From the NCBI GenBank assembly GCA_973851085.1, contig OZ316776.1, positions 10,974,001 to 11,038,000 of the forward strand: a DNA stretch of 64,000 nucleotides. The letters run 5' to 3'. Numbering within the stretch: the first letter of the stretch is position 1; every line of letters starts with the position of its first letter. The notes under the pieces were generated by a model. It ran no database searches. It saw only the letters and a program-made list of their open reading frames with translations, and was not told where the DNA came from. This document shows positions 1-13,987 of this stretch, in pieces. The DNA is from Ptychomitrium polyphyllum (taxonomy: Eukaryota). The translations under genes and the position numbers were made by a program.

Positions 1-1187
1 GGAGTTTCGTCCAGAAAAAGGGCGCATTGAGGAACTTGCACGTTTCCTGTATGTTGACTGGAAAGGGTAAGCTCACATTTTCAAAGCACAAGAAAAAATC
101 TGAACCTAAATATTGGGCAGTGTGGAAAATAGGAAAATGTCCCGGTTTCTGATTTAAGTAAGATTTTGTGTCACATGTTAGAAGTTCCTTGACACGAATT
201 TTTCTACTCTAGAGATCAAATTAGATTTGCATGTGTTCTATAATTTTGTTCATGTTTCAGCGCTTGGGTTCAGAAGTTTCCTAATATTTCGTAACTTGCA
301 GAATTGACATAGAAATAGGACCTCTAATCTGGTAATTCGATCTGTTTTCTCTTTTATTTGTCTCCAAAACGAGTTGAGCTTTATTTTATTGTTGTTCTCT
401 GCAGGGTTGACAGGGGCTCAGCTCTACAAAGAAGAGCCAAGCACGTCCTCCATTTATTAATGGACGAGGCATTTTACAAGACTGAGCGCATTAGCGCTCA
501 GAAAATCTCCAGAGGCATTTCTGGGTTCGGGAGCGAGTCTCTGTCTCAAATTTCTGCTCTTTCTAAATCTCTCCACAGCAACGTTCCTCGCAGTCAATCA
601 ACTTCCAGCTTAATTGGGATTCATCACAACGAAGGGAAAGAATCATCAACATTGTTGGGTGTTGAAGATGACGGATTCAACAGTGAACCAGAGACACCGA
701 GCACGAGTGAAAGATCAAGCTGGGGTGCTTTTTCAGTAAGTGTACAATTTTTAATTTCGACTACTGTACTGAACCCTAAATCCTAAAACCTGGACCTGAG
801 TCATCCACATCCATTTCTAATTGGTGGATCATTGCTTCGATGCAGAGCTCCTCAGGCAGTGAAAGCCTAAATGCAAGTGGTCGTTCAACAAACTCCATCA
901 GTAGTGATAGAAACCCTACCGAAGATTTACCGCCAATATCGACCTTGTATTTTCGCACGACCCCACAGATTCTGGACATGGACAGCGTTGCCTCTGAACT
1001 TGAAGGATTAGCGGTTGCTGACAGGAGTAGTCCAACATTAATTAAGAAGTTAGCACCTCCACCAAGAGCCGGGTACAAATGCGTCATGCTTCATCCACCA
1101 CAAAGTGGATCAAGGGTGCGGCGAAAGCAACCTCTGAATGTGAAGCCGGTTAATGTAAGCACATTACCCGATCTTATCATCATTTGA
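1..1187 (+). CDS. 3' part of an ENTH (epsin N-terminal homology) domain gene, 5'-truncated by the window; exons <1-66, 405-735, 846-1187
   Basis: The spliced translation EFRPEKGRIEELARFLYVDWKG/VDRGSALQRRAKHVLHLLMDEAFYKTERISAQKISRGISGFGS matches the end of the ENTH fold (F-x-Y-x-D-x-x-G-x-D-x-G...ER...GFGS). GT-AG introns at 67-404 and 736-845 keep the frame. A Ser-rich tail ends at TGA 1185-1187. Confidence 0.8.
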
Positions 1188-1787
1188 TTGCAAATCATCC
1201 CCAAAGTTGGCGTTTCACAGAGGTTGGGGTAAGCTCTACCTTTGAAGAATTAGAGCGACTACCTTCCAGGACTAGGTTCTAGATAGTTTCTTGCTATCAC
1301 GAGTCATGTTACGCGCTGTAATCCATTTAGGCATATCATAGATTCTTTTAATGATGGTATTCGTCCTTGACACAGAATCCGGTCATTTGACATCGTACAT
1401 ATGTTCACATTCGCAAGATGTGAACATCTTGTTACATTTCTCACCTTGCTGATACTCCCTCAAGTTTCATGTCAAGTCAGCTTTAATGGTATCAAATCAT
1501 GTTCTCCTATTAGAGCCAATGCTGGTGCATGATTCAACAGACGAGCATGTTACATTCAAAAGCATGGTGACAAAGGCTTCCAGTTAAATCTGTTACAATT
1601 GAAGTCCACAACATGCGAGCAGGTGTAAGAAGATTTGGAATCTAAAGTGAAATATTTGGGATGATCAATATTTCAGCATGAACCTCGAGCCTTCTTTGAA
1701 CAAGTATATAACCCTGTTGTAACAATACAAAACTCGACTTCTAAGAGATTGAATTTCTATTAATTTTTTCACAAAATGCCGAGAAGT

Positions 1788-4700
1788 TTAAGCTCTTGCC
1801 GAAGTCCACGATATGTCGAACTCTTTACCGATGTGGAGCCCTAGACCTGAAATTTCCAGCTTCTGCCCTTCGTGCAACACTTCCACCAGATGCTTCCCGT
1901 TTACATGTACCGAACTTGGAGCATAATCCACACCTAACACCACAACTTTGTCTACAATCCAATCCTCCTTCAGTGCATACTCCCCATGCTTCACATGTGA
2001 AGTTAGAGTGCCATTGTTTTTTCGAAGCTTGTTGTCCACATGAGCGGCAGCTTTGAAGCTCACAAGACTCGATTGATGTGGTTTAAGAATCATGTCAATC
2101 TCTTCCCCGTTGTCCAAGAATACATCACCTGATGCGGATCTTACTCTAATGTCAGAGGTGCTCGGTAGCGCAACAAGCAGAGTGAACGGTGTCTTGCGCG
2201 CGGCGGTTGATGTCAAGGCGCTCTCCTGCATGGGGATGATGGCGCCCTCGTGGACGTGCACGTTGATCACGTCCCACGGCGCTGGCAGGGTGAGACTCTC
2301 GCCCTTGCTGACGATCTGGGAGTGATCGAACATGTTGTACCAGGTGCCTTTCGGGAAGTACGCGTCAACCGTCGTGGCGTTCTCGGTGATGACAGGAGAG
2401 ACGAGAATGTGGTTACCGATGAGGAACTGGTAGGAAACGTCAAGTGTTGTGGCGTCGGTCGGAAACGCGAAGAACAGAGGTCGGATCATTGGGTACCCTT
2501 TCGTGTGCGCTTCATAGTTGAGCGTGTAGTAGTACGGGAGTAGCTGGTACTTCAACCCCAACGCCTTCCTCGCGGACGCCGTGGTCTTGTCGAAGAGATA
2601 AAACTCCTTGTTGTCATTGTCCCTGTTGGAATGCGCTCGCGAAAACGGGTGAAACGCCCCAGTCTGGATCCACCGGCTGCAGAGCTCATCGGACGCCATA
2701 TCGTAGAACCCACAGATGTCCGCCCCTACCATCGGAATCCCTGCCATGCCCGAGTTCATCACCGTCACGATCGAGTACCCAATATCCTCATATGTCGCCT
2801 TGTTATCCCCCGTCCAATGCGCCGTATAAGCACCAGCACCGATGAACGTTGACCTCGACAACAAGAACGGTCGCTTCCCTCTTACCGTCGTAAGCGCAAC
2901 CTTCGTCGCGACCGCCTCCGCCATGCCATACAAACTATGCGCATCATACTCCGTCGTCCCATCATAATGCTGCACCGTCATCGCCGCCGTAAGATGTCCG
3001 AGCGTCTCGTACGTCCCGAAGTGATTCAGCTTGAACGGTGGCTCATCAAGCGTCGTGTGCGTCTCACTGCACTGCAAGTAGCACGCCGTGACGCCTTCAA
3101 GAATCGTCCCGTTCCAAGTGCAGTACGTCCCGGTGCAGAAATTCGATACCTCATTCATGTCGATCCACATGCCGTCGAACGGCAACTGATCGTGGAAGAG
3201 CTGCACTTCGTTCGTCCACCATTGCGTTGCCCTAGGGTGTAAGAAATCAGGGTAAACCACGGGCCCCGGCCACACTTGACCTATGTAGTTCGACTTGCCG
3301 TCTTCGTTCTTCAGGTAGATGTCTTGCTCCAATCCTCGCTTGTAAGTCTGATAATCATCATACGCTGTGCCGATCCCGGGGTCGACGAGGATAACGTAGT
3401 GCTGCCCATTCGCGTGAAGCTCATCAACAAAACCTCGCCACTCTTTCATCGGAAACCTCTCTTCATCGTGGGTGAAGTCCAAGAATCTGTCTGAGTAGTC
3501 GATGTCGTTCCACATCGTGTCCAACGGGATCTCCGCCTTCTTGAAATTCTCCACGATCGTCTTCACGATCGAGACGTTGCGGTATCCCCATCGGCATTGG
3601 TGGAACCCTAGCGCCCAGTATGGTTGAGCGGCGGGGCGACCCACGAGCTGCGTGTATTGATCCACGACTTGCAAAGGAGACGGGCCTGGGAAGAAGTAGA
3701 AATCCAAGACGCCGCCGATGATCCGGAACGTGAGCGAGTCGTCGTTGTAGGTTACTTCCATGCCGTTGCTGTTGAGGAGCAGTACGCCGTGCGCGGCTCC
3801 GCCCTCTCGCACATCGACGTAAAACGGCCAAGCGCCATACAGATCAATGTCAGGAAACAGCGCAGCGATATCGGTAGTCCAGAGCGTGTAGGTCTTGCCT
3901 TTCTTGAGCTTCAACCCGTCCGGCCGCGAGCTCTCGCCTAACCCGAACAGAGTGGTGGTTTTCGGGAGCTGTGTGGAGATTTCAATGTACTGGTCCTTGA
4001 AGACGAGAGGGTTGAAGCCAGCGCCGTCTGCCGGTGGCGTTGAGTTGAACAAGACCTCGCCGGTTGCGATGCGCATCACCGCGAATCCGAACGGTTGCGT
4101 GATGTGTATGATGGTCAGCACCGGCTCCGTTACGGGATCCAGATTCGCAGAGATTGTTAGCCGGGGAATCATGCTCTGTGGAACCTCAAATCTCTGCTTC
4201 GCATCGTCGGAGATGTACACCCGCACTTGCGTGCTCTTCTCGACCCTGCAAGTGGAAGAAGGTGCAAACATGCAGTAACGTATTGATCAGCCATGCGGCA
4301 GTTGACAAGAAAGCTGTGTACTTCATTGGAGAAATTCAAACCTGCGATGGTTCATGATGCACTCTCGTACTGTCAAGATTACGATTCTAACTTAGTATTC
4401 TCATGAACTTCTCAAGGTGTTTCAAACTTTCACGGCAATCAATCATCCTGCTACAAGCTAGTACGTCCGATTCTACTCACGTTGTCGATCATTGCGCGGT
4501 CTATCACTGCAGGCATGTTTGATCTTGTGCAGCTTACACACTAATACATCATTTCCTTGGATGGGAATTAAGGCAGCTGCTAATCATCCGCAAATCAAGT
4601 AGCAAAGACATGATTAAGCTCGCTCCTTAATAAACACTCTGAGAAACGTTTTCAATCTCCACATGCAATTTTTCAAAGTCTTCTTTTATTATCCAAAAAG

Positions 4701-5124
4701 CTGATTCCTCGTCCAAAGTCTATAGGCAGAGTCTCTCCCGAATTCGAACGTCAATACACGATGCTTATGTCTAAGTTGGCTCTCACTTACAGAGTCTGAT
4801 ATTGCTAAGTGCAGGGTATGGCGATATATTGAGTAAACCTGTAATACTGCGAAGAAGAAGCAGTTTATGGGCTCACCTGACAACTAAGTTGAGCGGGCTG
4901 ATATCGCGTCCAAGTGTATCATTCCCGGAGGGAGAGGAAACCACCAGCTTCGCCTCAAAGCCTTGTTGGTTGGCATATTCCTTCACTACCGAGTGCAACT
5001 TATAACCTCCGCTAGCTGTATGTTGCTCTCTAGACACCCTTGCATCAACTCCTCTTGATGCAACCAAAAGAACAATTACAAACTCTAGCATCCACATGGC
5101 CACCTTCCTACTTTTGGACTCCAT
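1788..5124 (-). CDS. Glycoside hydrolase family 31 alpha-glucosidase/alpha-xylosidase, secreted; exons 5124-4877 and 4245-1788, about 901 aa
   Basis: Contains the GH31 catalytic motifs WIDMNE (nucleophile) and HWTGDN (acid/base), plus GFHQCRWGY, WNDIDY, VGADICGF and FHPFSRAH. Exon 1 encodes a hydrophobic signal peptide (MWMLEFVIVLLVASRGVDA). The GT-AG intron 4876-4246 preserves the frame. Confidence 0.95.
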
Positions 5125-8100
5125 GACCTTCACTCTACGACCACTCTAGTCCAGAAAGAAATTTATCCTCGCGCCGAACTTTTGCTGCAAGGAAGGCTCC
5201 ATCACTCAACTTGATCACTGCCATGAATTCAAGCTACTTATGTATCAGAGGAGCTGAATGCAAAAGGCAGGGGTATCCAAAGTAAAATAAAAAGATAATT
5301 TTATCCAAACTCTATTAAAAGAACATAATTATGTAAAATCGTACAAACAAGCGTTATTTTTGTGTGTGAGTACACGTCTACACTAATATTGTTCTGAAGT
5401 CATGTGCAGTCCTGTGAACCAATCTGCCAAGCAAGGATTGAGAGAGTTATTAGCTTGCTTTCCACTCCACCCTAAGTTAGTTGAATGTACTTTGAGATGT
5501 AGAAACTCTCCAAATAGTGAAGCAGCAACTCTCCAAACAAATGGTCATCATCTCTCTGGAGCACGACAACTTTGGAATATTAATAGTGAATTTCCTTTGT
5601 GCGGAGCATTAACTTGATTCACGATAAGATAAAAGCTTTCAAGAAAACGTCTTAGGAACCACTGTGGTAATCGAGGCAAAGAAATTAGGACCTCAGTGTC
5701 GGTTTCCTTGGTTTTCCAAAGCACTTTGAATAGGGATGGCACTTTAAATATGAATATTCTTTAACAATGGGGAACCTCACCCTTTGGTAACATGTTATCA
5801 TCAATACCAGGTTGATTTCAATTGCCTTGTTAGAGAATGTTCTGTGATTGTCAAGAAGGAATACTCTATAGTGTAATACATAGCTAAATTGAGTGCATCT
5901 CATGTTCTATGGAAGTTTCACAATATTTTGAATCTGCCAATCTGCACAGATCCAATATAGCATTCTTTAAAGAACCTCTATTAATACCCTCTTCAAAGGT
6001 GTCATTTTATCATCAATCATCTAGTACAAAGCTAACAAAATTAATTTCATTTTTTAGCTTCACCAAAGGTGAGGTGATCCTACTACAAAAGAATGTGATG
6101 ATGTATTTTACCTTAAGTTCTGGTGTCGTTTCTGGTGTACTACTGCCTGGTTCAACACTAATTCTTCTCTAGTGAAACTTTTGCAAATGGTCGTTACCTT
6201 ATCTCAAAATGCAATATGGGACAATGCTGGAGAATGTTCTGTAAGCATCTGACGTGGTAAAGTGTTCGCCCACTGACAAAAAGGCTTGAGCCTAAAGCCT
6301 CTGCAAAGTGCTTCCAGGGACAGACAACCCTCAAGCAAGCAGCACGTTCAGAATTGCGAAAGCGATCTAATTGTCCTGTCATCTCAATCCAAAAACATGA
6401 AAATGTGAATGTGTTAACAACTTAACACATTATGGGCCTGGAAGAATAAGACAAGCAGAGGTTGCGTACAACTAATCCTTATAGTAAACATCAAAGCTAC
6501 AGAGTTCCCTTTCTATATGAGGCATTGTAATAGGAACAGCAGGCCACTCTTGATGTGCTCTGCTCTTGTGTACTTCAAATTTGGTCTCTTACAAAGTTGC
6601 TAGTGTTGCTTGAATACATAACATTCTTCAATGATCCTTCTAAACACTATCTCAAATAGATAATTCTATCACCAAAAAATATAATTTGATTGTGAAAATC
6701 TTTTATCTATTGAAAAGTGATAGATTTTTTCTATCATTTTACCAAATTAAATTCATATTGTCATGCATTCATTGCAACATGCTCTCATTCTTATTTATAG
6801 TTGATTTACACTTTCTAAGGCAAGGATAAGTTTTTCTTCCATTGCTAAAGAATGTTATATATATTTCACTATACAGATTATAGGGGTTGTCTATTTGCAA
6901 TGAATTAGTAGGTGCATAGGTTCTTATACACAAAAGGAATCCACATGGAGTGTTGACATGATAAAAAAGAAATAATGTTGCGCTTTGAACTTTTGACATG
7001 CAAAATTCCTTGATTTTAAGAATAAACAATGATTTCATTAGAAAAATGAAGTATTGGTTGTTTTTTGATAAGACTCTATTTTGATAGTATATAAAACTAT
7101 ATTTTCAATCAACAAGAATTTTATTAAATTTCAACTTTTTAATAAAATCTAAACTACAAAATTTATGGAAAGACACCCTACTCCAATGAAGTTATGGCTT
7201 CAAATTTAAGGCATTATTGTCATTTGACTAATGATGGAATGCCCAAAATTTAAAATTATGATTTCATTGGAATTAAAATGAATCCTTCTTATCAACATTC
7301 ATTAGTTATATAGAAACATTTTTAAATAATGCAAATCAAAATTATTGCAATTTTTTTATTACTAAATTACAACAAAGGTTTTGTTATGTGATATACATCA
7401 AAATCTTCCAAGACTCTTTACAATAAACTTAATGTTCATTAAAAATCTTTACCAAAGAATGGTTCATTAATTTGGTTTCAGTTTATTTTGCATGGTGATG
7501 AATTGTTTATTGAACATCAACCAACTTTCATTATATATGATTGAAGTATATTTTACAAAAAAATGAATATTAAATTAAATATTTCATTTACTCAATATAA
7601 TTGTTTGTTATTTATTATATTCAAATAAATATCTATTATAATATGTTTAGATTTAATATTTAAGAATGATTTATGAATCAAGTTCAAATTTAACTATGAC
7701 TATATTACATTAATTTTGGCTTGATCTAAATATTATAATCTTCATAATAATGTTTAATATTTTAATTAATCTTAAATTATATGTTCATATTAGAAACAAT
7801 ATAATATTTTATATACATGTATGAATATATGTATTTATACATGTTTTGATAATGGAAATCTTATTTTAATTTTAATTTTAATTTTTGCAATATATGGAAA
7901 AGCATTTTAGAAAGAACCTAAGCGCAAACATAAATGTGATAAATGGCTTAAAACCATTTTTAAATCTGTATGAATCTTTCTTTCATTTCACTAATTGAAA
8001 GGAAAAATAACCAATAGCAAGGCAAACAAAAAAATTAAGTCAAGAATATTTTATATTATTATATGATTATATCTAAAAAATAGCTAATTTTACATTAAAG

Positions 8101-8799
8101 AAAGAATATTAATTTATTTTCCTAGAAATTGAACATTCAAAGTACTACAAGAATATATACATATACATACTCGTAATTATAAAAATATTGAAAGCTAGTA
8201 TTTCTTTATTTGATTAATAAAGAAATATATATATTTTTAATATTATTTTCAGATTTTTTTGGCATTATTATCAATTTTCCATTGTTGCTATTTTAAATCA
8301 TGTTATTTAATAATCGTTTAAGTAGTATACAAAATAATTTTAATGTTTTCCAAAAAATCATTATTATAATTAATTATTTTTTTTCAAAGCTTTTTTATTA
8401 CAAAAGTAATAGTAAAGCAATAGTTATAATAATTAAATACAAATAATCTTATTATGGTATAATAATAATTTAGTATATCTTTGGTACCTATTGTAGTTAT
8501 TGTTTCCTTGCATTAAAGTATACATTTTTTTAAATAGTATGGAAAGGACCATTTTTGTATATCTAATTCAGATATCTAGATAGATATAAGCCAAAGTCCT
8601 ACATTGATCAAATATCTTTAAGATATTTTTTTCTTTCTTTTTTCTTTTTACTTTAAATTAAAAAATAAGTGAAGATACAAATAAATCCAAATTATTCAAA
8701 ATCTAAAGTACTAATCATCCAAAAATAAACAAAAAAAACTCATATTTCTCTATACTTAAATCATACAATATAATTTATAAACTTAAGGTTGATATAAAA

Positions 8800-11500
8800 G
8801 AGTTAAAATATATTTCTTGCTACTCATTTTTTCTTGTTTTTGAAGTATTCCAACCTCAAAGATATGATTCTAATATAAAGTCTTTAGGACTTAAAAACCT
8901 CAAATTACATGCCAATTACAATAGGCAAGTGCTTAATAAATCAATTATAAAAGTTTGATTTTATAAATACAAGAATTTAGAAGGCCTTTTTTTTTCTACA
9001 AATCCAATTGATGTTTCTACAAGAAAAATGTATTTTGAAAGTGATGATCAAAAGATACTTGAGCTACTCAAAGTTTTCCACAAAATTGTTAAATGATTCA
9101 AGATAAATAGAGGCTCTATTACAAAAAGATATTCAAATTTCATTGTCATCTTGAACATTAATCCTTGAAGGTCCAATTATTGTAAATTCAAAATAGGAAG
9201 TAATAAAATAATAGCTAATTTATAATAATCTTTCACCTTAGCCAATTGCATAGCAAAGTTGGCTTCAACATCAATTTGCATTCAATATTGAGAATACAAT
9301 GTATCCATTGTATCCATGGAATAACTTGTTAGAAATCAATTTGAAAGTTTTTTAATGAAGCACTTAATAACATTTGCAAAAACAACAAAAATAATCAAAC
9401 CGTGTTTGAAATACATTATATAAATTTTAATTACTTCTAACGTTTTAAAGATTTAAAAAGAAAACCAAACTCAAGTACCAAAGATCAACTATATAATTTG
9501 ATTCAAGAAGTAAAAGACATTAGTTGTTAACTTTAATTGGCCATAAGGTTTGTAAATGACAATAATTTTTTATTATTATAATTGAAAATTTGAGCAAAAA
9601 GAGATTTTTTTTTTTTCCAATTTAAAATAAAATAAAATAAAATCAAGTAAAGAAATTTTTTAGAAATAAATATCATTTCAAAAACCAAAAATAAATAAAT
9701 ACAAAAATCACATCATATTTATGTAAGACGTTTGAATCTTATTCACACTGCCTTCAAAATTGAGTAGAAAAATACAAATTTCCATAAAGATGGCTAGCAT
9801 ACACAAGTGCTTGAAGTTGATTCCAAGTTTTTACTAACATATAGTCCAAGGCTCATGCCTATCTATCAATAAGCTTATATAATTTAAAAATATGCTAAAT
9901 TCAAAGCATGTAGTTGAATCATTGTATAGCTCATACAATTAAAGTTGGAAAACTTTCATGGCTGTTATATGGTTACAAATGAATTATCCTGTTTTTGTGA
10001 AAATTAATCAAAGTATTCACATTCTTTGATAAGAGAAACAAACAAGACATTATAAGGCACAATGAATTATTGTACATCAACTATATACCGGTTTGTATTA
10101 CCATAGATTTAGTTGAATCTTCCACCCTCTTTCCAGATAAGTTCTTATATTCTAAAAATACACATTTTATAGAGGCAATATCAATAATTGACAAGTCTTC
10201 ATATTTTAAACAATTTTATTGCTATCAATATTCAAATTGGCTGCCAACTTGATAAACTCAAGATGTCTTTTAGGAATATGGGGAAAAAAACTATACAACA
10301 ATTGTAATAAATTTTCAATTTGTAACACTACAAGTGATGGCTGATGTACATAACAATGTATCATTACTGCATAGAAATAATATTATTCATTAATTTGAAT
10401 TATTATATTGGTACAAGAGTTTTATCATATGAATATTTATTAGATATTAATTAACACATCAAAAGACATAATTTGTAATCTAATTACAAATAATAATAAT
10501 ATGTGAGTTAAATATTAACTTCAATATAGATTCTAAAGTATAAAAGAAATAACTTGTATATAAGCACTTACAAGGATAATAAAAATAAGAAATTTATAAA
10601 ATAACTTGGAAGACATCCACACCAAAAGATAATAATGTTTGAAATATACCACCCTTATTTACACTTCCTTCTACAACTAAAGCCTTCATAATCACCTTAG
10701 TGAATTGTCACATCCATTTCCTTCTATTATCCACTCCAAAAATATTATAATAAGAATCATCTTTTAATTAATAATAATATATGCATGAATAGAGATTCAA
10801 CTTTGATAAGCAATTGTTGTCATTTTATTGTAATAAAAGGCCACATATTTAGCCAAATATGGCTTCTTTTATTTTAACACTAATAATATTGTGCATAAAA
10901 TGAGTTAATATTCAACCATTACAATCACTTCAATTCAAGGGATTTAAAAAGAAAATAGTGATTGCATGGAATTATAATCTAATATAAGCCAATCCAAATG
11001 CAAAAGATGAAAAATTGTTGACATCTATTATTTCTTTTGATCCTTTTCACTTAAAAAATCAACATCATTGATTTTTTATAGTATTGTAGCTTGTTGTTGG
11101 GTTGTATATAATGGTAAAATTTTTAAAACAAAAGCACTCACAACAAGAGAAGTTATTAGATAAAAAGATATTTATTTATAAATCTACAAAGTCTAACATA
11201 TTTATAAGTCACAACATGCAAAGTTGTTGTTATTTTATTAAGCAAATGAATTATCAATCAACAAAGACAACAAAAGATTTTTAAAAAAAAAAAAAGTTCA
11301 TATATGTTTTGACATTATAAGTATTTAATTTTTAATATTGAAGTGAGGAAGATTCTTCAAGTTAATCCATTTGCTAACATATTTCTTAAAATTATTGGTT
11401 TTTGGTATCATTAAATAATCACTTTCTTGAATTATTATACATACCATATACTTGACCTTGTCAACCTTATTAGCTTATATATAGATGGTTTTAAAGCACA
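8800..11500 (-). pseudogene. Heavily decayed hAT-superfamily (ZNF862-like) DNA transposase remnant
   Basis: Minus-strand fragments read in the expected order: N*SDCNG*ILTHFMHN (~10940-10885), LAKYVAFYYNKMTTIAYQS*ISIHAYIIIN*KMILIIIFLEWIIEGNGCDN/TKVIMKALVVEG (~10856-10665), IENLLQLLYSFF..PKRHLEFIKLA (~10320-10235), a decayed 'YPQYW'-like motif (~9290) and FKMTMK..NHLTILWK (~9155-9075). These match hAT transposase motifs as I recall them from moss genomes. Many stops and frameshifts; ends are approximate. Confidence 0.7.
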
Positions 11501-11711
11501 AAAAGTTAACTATTCAACTATCTAAGTATTATCTTATAGCACCAATTTTTATTTTATTTTTCTACAATGCTTTGGTTATTTCATTCTTTTTTGGTATTAC
11601 ATTAATCTTACCTAAGTCATCTACTTTTGGAGGAACAAAAGTAAGAAGTTCCTTAAAAAATACAAACACAATTGCAAAATTTGTTAATAAAATGATGTGA
11701 ATGGCTGCATA

Positions 11712-12301
11712 TGTCACGGACATAGATCATGCAACATAGTCCTTAGAACATTCTAGAAACTTCTAATATACTATAATAGCTTCTTATAATACTTTTAAAT
11801 GTCTCCATAGCCTTCCTATGTTCTTAGGAAGCTTCTTAGGAAAGTTCCTCCACCTTAGAAAACTTCCTAGGAAGGTTCTATCATCTTAGGTAACTTCTTA
11901 TGAAATTTCCTACGAAGATTCCATCACCTTAGGAAACTTCCTAAGAAAAGTTCTTCCACCTTAGGAAACTTCTCACCTTAGGAAACTTCCTAAGAAAAGT
12001 TCTTCCACCTTAGGAAACTTCTTAGGAAGGTTCTATCTCTTTAGGAAACTTCCAAGGAAGGTTCTAATTCCTTGGAAGTTTCTTAAGAAGGTTCCAATAT
12101 CTTAGAAAACTTCTTTGGAAGGTTCTCTAGACTTCCAGAACATTTTTAAGCCTTGTAGGAAATTCCTTTAGAAGTATCCTAGGAGATACAAACGTCATAG
12201 TATAAAGTCTTTGTATCAAGTTTTTGTTAATCATTAGCTCTTTAGAAGCTAAGTCTTGGGAAACACTTCGTTTTTGCTTCTTGTTTCTTGTGTCCCTAAC
12301 A
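11712..12301 (+). mobile_element. Solo LTR of an LTR retrotransposon (about 590 bp)
   Basis: Begins TGTCACGGACA and ends TGTCCCTAACA (imperfect TG...CA terminal inverted repeat). Flanked by a 5-bp target-site duplication with one mismatch (gcata 11707-11711 / acata 12302-12306). An internal repeat array is followed by a TATA-like box (TATAAA) at 12201. Confidence 0.75.
11815..12130. repeat. Degenerate array of 'ccttaggaaacttcctaggaagg'-type units inside the solo LTR, including an exact 49-bp tandem duplication (11925-11973 / 11974-12022)
   Basis: Directly visible repeated cttaggaaactt / cttaggaagg units. Confidence 0.9.
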
Positions 12302-13987
12302 ACATAGGTGATTGTTCTTTTACTACTTCTTAAATGGTTTTGTAATTGTTTGTATGAAGAAAAATAAATTTTTGAAGGCATTTTCATTTTAAATGGAGAT
12401 CAGCCATCAACATTGTAAGATAATTGGAAACAATAGAACAATGTAGAAATTGAAGGAGCTTTCATTCTACCACAAGTTGTTGCTAATAATCACAACAATC
12501 AAGCTAACTCTCTCTATACTCATAACATATGGAAGCTCACTATGACACAAGGAAGATTGTGTGAGTACTTGCAACTTCAAATAATAATGACATGGTCATA
12601 TTTAAACATGTTTTACAAATACGAAGTTTAAAAGTTTTAGATTGCAAGTGAACAATAAATTTGATACTATCACATAGAATTTGAGAATCTAATATTCACT
12701 AAGAAAATAGCCTTGAGCAAAAAGTCACAAATAAATTTATATTCATTTAGACATATCCACTTGTAACAACATATTATTCATTCAATCTTATCCATTGCCT
12801 TGCTTGTCCTCCAATTGCCAACACCTCACTTGCAATGAGCCCTTGTTCAAGCTTGGACCTTGTGCTTCCATTTTAACCTCCCAGCACCTGCTCTCAAGTA
12901 TGCCTTAAAGAACACCAAATCAAAGGAAGCAAGTGAAGCAAGGGAAGATAGGTAACAAAAACGATAAGCAATTCAAAATAAGTAAAGAAGAAAATACATT
13001 TGCCCTAACTACCATATCTGTAACCATCATTGACAGCTGCAATTGATCAGTACGTACAATCACCTTCACTCTAGATGGCAGAATTGCAGCACAGATTCGA
13101 AGAGTGAAGATGCTCCAGCAGGGTCAGTGGTGCACACGAACTCCACTGATCCCAGTGACTCGTGCCACGAGCACAGCACAGCACAGCAGGCTATGACTGT
13201 GGCTGTTCACCCTCTTCAAATTATTATTTTTTGTAGTAAATTTTTTTGCGGACGGACTGGGTCACAGCAGGCACAGGGTCGAGCAGGCGCACAGGAGGTC
13301 CTTCGCCTGCAGAGCAACACTCTCTGTAAGCTCACAATCGCAGCATTCACGGCACCCTCAGTGTGGGTGTGGCACCTTGTTGCCCTTTCACCTCTTGCAG
13401 TGTCCACGTTGTCAGCTGAAGAGCAAGCGTTCCTTCGGGCTCACATCTGAGATCTGTTGATGCTCTGGTTGCGCATGGCAGTTGGGAGTTTGAGAGCCAC
13501 CTTTTTGTGTGCTATGGATTGTCAGTGATGCATTAAGTTGGTTCTTTCAGTGGTTGGGAGATCAGGTGGTTTAGCATTTTGCAGACACAGAAGGACACAC
13601 GTACACTCAGAGAAAGAGCGAGTAGGGGGTTGCGGGGAGGACAAAGAGAGAGAGACCGAGTGAGAGGGAGAGGGAGAGGGCGAGAGAGCATTGGGATTGA
13701 GTGGGAGTGTTTTTTGAGGACAGGGGAGTTGGGGGATTGGGAGGTGATGTGTGAGGTGGGGATATGGTGGAAAGGCGGGGGTTTGAGGGCGATGGCGGGG
13801 TTGCAATTCGGGGATGCGCAGCATGGGGATCTGGAGCTGGGGGTTTGGAAGATGGACAGGGATGAGTGGCCCTAACTGTAGAGATGGACTAGTCGTCTCC
13901 GTTTTGGGTAGCTTTCAAGAGGGGCGGACAACGAGGTTGCTGGGGATTTTTTGGAAAAATCTTGGCTTGGTGAGGTGGGGGAGAAGA

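Noticed and set aside
1796..4357. Many short ORFs antisense to or overlapping the GH31 exon
   Set aside because: They are by-products of the GC-rich codon bias of the real gene and show no recognisable motifs.
5400..6400. Moderate-GC region upstream of GH31 with short ORFs, possibly a pseudogene
   Set aside because: No identifiable homology or consistent reading frame.
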